A stretch of DNA of 64,000 nucleotides, from assembly GCA_039028615.1 (NCBI GenBank), contig JBCCHT010000008.1, positions 1 through 64,000 of the forward strand, read 5' to 3'. The position numbers were made by a program, and so were the translations under genes. Origin of the DNA: Myxococcota bacterium. Its GTDB lineage: Bacteria > Myxococcota_A > Polyangia > Nannocystales > Nannocystaceae. Below, piece after piece: positions 59,595 through 64,000 of this stretch. Within the stretch, counting starts at the first letter, position 1. Each line of letters starts with the position of its first letter. A model generated the notes under the pieces. The model was not told the origin of the DNA, made no database searches, and saw only the letters and a program-made list of their open reading frames with translations.

Positions 59595-61207
59595 GGTTCG
59601 GCTCCGGCGGGGGGCGTACGGCGGCTACGGCATCGCTGCACCAGCCGCACGAGCTCGGGCGCCTGGGCCTCGGCCCCTTCGCGTGCACAGGCGTCGAAGC
59701 GGCGTTGTTCGATCCACGCGGTGAGACGCAGTCGAAGCCGCTGCTCCGGGTCGGGCCAGCAGCGTCGCTCGGCGGTGGCGCGCAGGACTCGAGGCCAGGC
59801 CCAACGACGAGCGGCCGCCGTGGCCTCGGCTCGTTGGGCGCGACAACGTGAATCGGACGAAGGCTCGGGTGGTCGCGACGTCGCGGTGGTCGTTCGTTCG
59901 GGAGACTTGCGAGGGTCGATGGGTGAACGCGCCGTGCTCGTGCGACGAACCGTGGTCGGCCGCCGCGCGAGGGGCTCGGCTTCGACCTCGCGTTCCGAGG
60001 TGGTCGCGTCCGAAGCGGCGACGGTAGCCAAGCCCGGACGAACGGACTCGTCTCTTCGCTCCGGCATCGGCGGTCGCTGGGGCACCGCCACGCTCACCGC
60101 CTCGGCCTCCGTCTCCCGCGGCTCACCCGCGCGCAGCCCCGACCGTTCGTCAACCGGAGGCACCACCGAGGGAGTCGCGGCCGCCCCCGCCAACAACATC
60201 GAGACCAACGCCACGCCACCGCCCAACCCCCGCCACGACCGCCGCCGGGGCGCCGCCCGCTCGAGCACCTCACCGCGCGTCGCCGCTCGCGGCAGAGGCA
60301 TCAGCGGCACCACCTTGGCCTGCGAGACCAGGGCATCGTCGACTTCCCGCAGCCGCGCCCCCACTTCGGCCGCAGCCGGTCGCGAGCGAGAGTCGGGCTC
60401 GAGGCACGCATCGACCACCGCCCGCAGCCCCCGGGGCCCCGCGCCGACGAGCGGAGCCACCCGAGCGCCCGCGAGATGGCGCGCCTCGAGCTCGCTGCGG
60501 GGCACGGTGGCGTGAGGGTCTTCGCCGGTCAGCATCTCGTAGAGCAGCCGGCCGAGCGCATACACGTCCATGGCCGGGTGCGGCGGCTGCCCGCGAAACT
60601 GCTCGGGCGCCATGGTGGTCAGCGTGCCGGGACGCTCGTGCAGCCGGGTGATCCGCGAACCAACCGGGTCGGGCTCGACCAAGGCCGCCAGCCCGAAGTC
60701 GACGAGCACGGGCGTCGCGTCGGCGCCGTGGCTGCGGAGCAAGATGTTGCGCGCGGTGAGATCGCGATGCACCACGCCGACCGCGTGCGTCACCGCCAGC
60801 GCGTCGGCCAAGCCGAGCCCGAGCGCCACCACCCGGGGCACGGGCACCCGCAATGCCATCGCCACCCGAAAGGCCAGCGTGGGACCCTCGATCCACTCGA
60901 CGCACAGGAACGGTCGCCCGCACAGCTCCGGCAATCGGCCCGCCCCGAGCGCCTGCACCAGCCCCGGGTGCCGCGGTAGGCGAGCGGTGAGCCGAACTTC
61001 GCGGGCAAAGCGATGCTCACCGTCGCGGCGGCGGTGCATCACCTTGAGCGCGACGTCCCGCGCCGCCCGACGATCGTGCACCCGATACACGGTGCCCATG
61101 CCGCCGCGCCCCAGCTCGGCCCGCACCACGAATCGACCCGCGCCCACCACCGAACGCGGTCGCAGCTCGGGAGGCTCGCCGTCGTGCCCGGCCTCGAAGG
61201 GGTTCAC
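59591..61207 (-). CDS. Hanks-type protein kinase with atypical HRDLTARN catalytic loop
   Basis: GTG 61207 overlaps upstream stop (GTGA); LGRGGMGTVY, VALK, HRDLTARN, DFG, MAPEQ; TM and C-terminal Cys-containing helical region. Confidence 0.85.
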   Translation of the reverse strand: MNPFEAGHDGEPPELRPRSVVGAGRFVVRAELGRGGMGTVYRVHDRRAARDVALKVMHRRRDGEHRFAREVRLTARLPRHPGLVQALGAGRLPELCGRPFLCVEWIEGPTLAFRVAMALRVPVPRVVALGLGLADALAVTHAVGVVHRDLTARNILLRSHGADATPVLVDFGLAALVEPDPVGSRITRLHERPGTLTTMAPEQFRGQPPHPAMDVYALGRLLYEMLTGEDPHATVPRSELEARHLAGARVAPLVGAGPRGLRAVVDACLEPDSRSRPAAAEVGARLREVDDALVSQAKVVPLMPLPRAATRGEVLERAAPRRRSWRGLGGGVALVSMLLAGAAATPSVVPPVDERSGLRAGEPRETEAEAVSVAVPQRPPMPERRDESVRPGLATVAASDATTSEREVEAEPLARRPTTVRRTSTARSPIDPRKSPERTTTATSRPPEPSSDSRCRAQRAEATAAARRWAWPRVLRATAERRCWPDPEQRLRLRLTAWIEQRRFDACAREGAEAQAPELVRLVQRCRSRRTPPAGAEP

Positions 61208-62787
61208 GAGCCGCCTCCCCGGGCGATCGCCAGCACGATCCACACCGATAGACCGCCCAGCACCGCCCACACCAAGCGCTTGGCCACCCGTCGCCCGCGC
61301 GCGTTGGGAGACCACCGGCGCAGCCCCAGGCTCGCCAGCGGTCGACGCATCGCCATGGCACCGGGCCACCCGCGGGAGGGACTCGAGCCCGCCCCCCCGA
61401 TCGAGGACTCCCGGGCGGCTCGCTGGGCGCCCTCGTCCCAGCGCTCTTCCGAGCCGGACGGGGCCAACCACGCCGTGGCCGATTCGTCGAGCGACCCCCG
61501 GGGGCTGCGCGGCCAGGGCTCGGTGTCTTCGCGCTCGAGCGCCTCGTCGTCACTGCCACGAGCGGCCGAGGTGCCCGCGGTGGACGACGCCACCCGATGG
61601 GCCATCACCTGCTCGGTCGATCGAGCCCGCACCACCGCCTGGCTCTCGCCCGCGGTGACTCCCGCGCCTTGGCTCGCGCTCGCCTCCGGCTGCGACGCCC
61701 GCGACGACACCACGTACGGCACGGTGGCCTGCGAGACCCGGGGCTCTACCGTGCCTTGCCCCTCGTCCTCGATCCGCCGACGCAGTTCGTCGAGCAGCTC
61801 GCTGCGCACCCCCAACGAGAGCAGCTGGGTGAGCCCCGACCGCGGCTCACCGAAGACCTGCCGATACAGCGACTCGAGCTGTAGCCGACGGTTGCGATAC
61901 CCGGGCCACGACGCGAGGGTGGTGAGCGCCTGCCGGGCCGTCTTGATGCGCAGCTCGACCCGCGGCTCGAGCAAGCCGCGGCGCAACGACTCGATGACCT
62001 CGGGCACGCGCCGCTGCAGCCGCGGGATGCCGCCTTCGAAGATGGAAGCGATGAGCGCCTGATCGTCCTCGCACTCGCGGCGGAACTTCTGCCCTTCGAG
62101 CAGCTCGTGCAAGATGGCCCCGATCGCGAACAAGTCGGAGGCCGCCTCGGGCCGGCCCCGGGCCTGCTCTCGCGACAAATACCGCAGCGTGCCTCGCAGC
62201 CGCGGCCCCGCCCCGTCGCCGATCCCCGGGCCCAGCCCGGCCAGGCCGAAGTCCATGAGCTTGACCTCGCCGCGGGAGGTGATCATCGCGTTGCCCGGCG
62301 AGATGTCGCGATGCACCACGCCCTGCTCGCACCCGGCCACGGAAAAGTCGTGGGCGTACCCCACCGCATCGAGCAAGGCCCCGACCACGTGCATCGCCTC
62401 GGGGACCGCCAATGGTTGGCCTCCCGCCGCCTGTTGCACCCGCCGCCAAAACGTGCCCAGGTCGACGCCATCGACCCACTCCATGGCCATGAACAATCGA
62501 CCGCCCACCACCCCCACATCGAAGACGGACACGATGTTGGCGTGGCTGAGCATCATGGCCAGGCGCCCTTCGGCGACGAACAGCTCGCGGTAGCGGGCAT
62601 CGTCGGCGAACACGGGGCGAATGACCTTGATCGCACAGGGTTTGATCGCCCCCTCGACGCCGATGCGGGCCGCCGCCCAGACCTCGCCCATGCCCCCTTG
62701 GCCCAGCTGGCAAAGCAGCTCATAGCCCGCCTGGCGTAGCTGCCCCCGCCCCGGCCGGGCACTGGTGCCGTCTTCCATCACTCGCAT
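61204..62787 (-). CDS. Hanks Ser/Thr kinase with C-terminal TM anchor
   Basis: LGQGGMGEVW, CAIK, HRDISPGN, DFG, GTLRYLSREQ. Confidence 0.9.
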   Translation of the reverse strand: MRVMEDGTSARPGRGQLRQAGYELLCQLGQGGMGEVWAAARIGVEGAIKPCAIKVIRPVFADDARYRELFVAEGRLAMMLSHANIVSVFDVGVVGGRLFMAMEWVDGVDLGTFWRRVQQAAGGQPLAVPEAMHVVGALLDAVGYAHDFSVAGCEQGVVHRDISPGNAMITSRGEVKLMDFGLAGLGPGIGDGAGPRLRGTLRYLSREQARGRPEAASDLFAIGAILHELLEGQKFRRECEDDQALIASIFEGGIPRLQRRVPEVIESLRRGLLEPRVELRIKTARQALTTLASWPGYRNRRLQLESLYRQVFGEPRSGLTQLLSLGVRSELLDELRRRIEDEGQGTVEPRVSQATVPYVVSSRASQPEASASQGAGVTAGESQAVVRARSTEQVMAHRVASSTAGTSAARGSDDEALEREDTEPWPRSPRGSLDESATAWLAPSGSEERWDEGAQRAARESSIGGAGSSPSRGWPGAMAMRRPLASLGLRRWSPNARGRRVAKRLVWAVLGGLSVWIVLAIARGGGS

Positions 62788-62962
62788 CGAGCCACGCGAC
62801 CAATCAATGGTCTCGACGTCGATGTACCACCTGTCGACACGAGTGTGAACCGGGCATGTTCACCCACCAACACCACACTTTCTCGTCCTATGAATCTACA
62901 TCTTCATTCGACACAGTTCGTCTCGATCATCGGACGACTGGCACTTTGTAATCCACCCGCGC

Positions 62963-62977
62963 TGGCACGGAACATGC
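62963..62977 (+). promoter_or_regulatory. Putative sigma54 (-24/-12) promoter
   Basis: TGGCACGGAACATGC = GG-N10-GC, close to consensus TGGCACG-N4-TTGC, in an AT-richer divergent spacer. Confidence 0.5.
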
Positions 62978-63205
62978 CCCGAACGGCCTCAGCGGGCCAG
63001 AAATCGAGAATTCACACTTCCTGTGTCGTTGAATGGGAGCAACCGGTACCGACTGAACCAGTTGAGCGAAGAAAACGAAGCACGATTCTCGAATCTACCG
63101 ATGCGCTTGCCCAATTCGCCTAATCAAGACCGGGGGCCAATAGACCGCACCGGTACCAAATCTCCCACTAACACAGTCAGATCCAGCGTGATATCAACCC
63201 GCGAC

Positions 63206-64000
63206 ATGACGGATACGGTGGATCGCACGGCCGCGACGACGCGGACCGAACGAACGGCCACGGTCGTTCGCAAGCTGAGAAGCGTCAAGCTGCGCCGCCT
63301 CGACGGGCCCGATGCAGGGGCGGCCCAGACCTTCACCGTCCCGCGCATCACGGTCGGGCGCAGTCGAGCCTGCCACATGTTGGTGGCCGACGCCTCGGTG
63401 AGCGCCCTGCACTTCGAGCTGAGGATTCGAGGCGAGCACGTGGAGCTGCGCGACCTCGACAGCACCAATGGCACCCGCATCGGCGACCGCCGCATCTATC
63501 ACGTCGAGCTCCACCCCGGCGACCGCTTCCGGGCAGGCGACGTGGGGTTCGAGCTGCTCGAGGCGGCCGAGGTCGAGGTCCCCGTGTCCGCCGACGACCG
63601 CTTCGAAGAGATGTGGGGCGACAGCCCGATGATCCGCGAGGTCTTCGCCCAGCTCGATGGCCTGGCCGGCGCCACCATGGACGTGCTGATCGCAGGAGAG
63701 ACGGGCACGGGCAAGGAGGTCGCCGCTCGCTCGTTGCACCAACGCTCGGGTCGCACGGGCAGCTTCGTCGTCTACGACTGCGCCAGCCTGGCCCCGCACG
63801 CGCTCGAGCTGGCCTTCGAAGAAGCCGACGGCGGCACGCTGCTGCTCGACGAGCTGTCCGAGCTGCCGCCCGAGCAACAGCCTCGCTTGCTCCGCATGCT
63901 CGATCGCCGCGAGGTCCGGCGCAGCGGAGAGCTGCGCGAGCGGCTGGTCGACGTGCGCATCGTGGCCTCGACCCGGGCCGACCTGCCCAAGCACGTGGTC
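63206..64000 (+). CDS. FHA domain plus sigma54-activator-like AAA+ protein (truncated by window end; absent from ORF track)
   Basis: My translation: VGRS..VSALH..DLDSTNGT (FHA); GETGTGKE Walker A; GGTLLLDE Walker B; QPRLLRML; VDVRIVAST. Confidence 0.9.
   Translation, partial: MTDTVDRTAATTRTERTATVVRKLRSVKLRRLDGPDAGAAQTFTVPRITVGRSRACHMLVADASVSALHFELRIRGEHVELRDLDSTNGTRIGDRRIYHVELHPGDRFRAGDVGFELLEAAEVEVPVSADDRFEEMWGDSPMIREVFAQLDGLAGATMDVLIAGETGTGKEVAARSLHQRSGRTGSFVVYDCASLAPHALELAFEEADGGTLLLDELSELPPEQQPRLLRMLDRREVRRSGELRERLVDVRIVASTRADLPKHVV

Noticed and set aside
57409..59688. 759-aa ORF as one protein (likewise 13667-15172, 30069-31229, 38327-39673, 59591-61471)
   Set aside because: N-terminal parts overlap other supported genes out of frame; internal starts with stop/start overlaps or signal peptides fit better

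Overview
High-GC bacterial chromosomal window with a myxobacterial gene set (Nannocystaceae-like by inference): four Hanks Ser/Thr kinases, three ECF sigma factors, an FHA-bEBP, and about 16 lipoproteins with Gly/Ser/Thr/Asp-rich linkers. Housekeeping genes are scattered through it (citrate synthase, wecC, a WecA/MraY-family transferase, rlmKL, an inositol monophosphatase). I saw no rRNA, tRNA, CRISPR array or transposase. Main observations: (1) two related ECF sigma / TM-TPR-like partner / lipoprotein modules, split at 13.3-16.8 kb and fused at 20.6-25.0 kb, each with its own repeated candidate promoter (CGTGACAA-N14-GGACAA x2; CGTGACGGAA-N13-GGAGAA x3); (2) modular, inverted ~235-bp REP-like repeat clusters bracketing an EEP lipoprotein gene, with a mirror-image strand-composition skew that extends into neighbouring coding sequence; (3) a translationally coupled two-kinase operon, one kinase carrying a tyrosine-kinase-like HRDLTARN loop, divergent from a bEBP lacking the GAFTGA loop; (4) a PiT-like transporter with a Pho-box-like repeat. 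All calls are by eye, without database searches. Start codons are often re-chosen from the ORF track.
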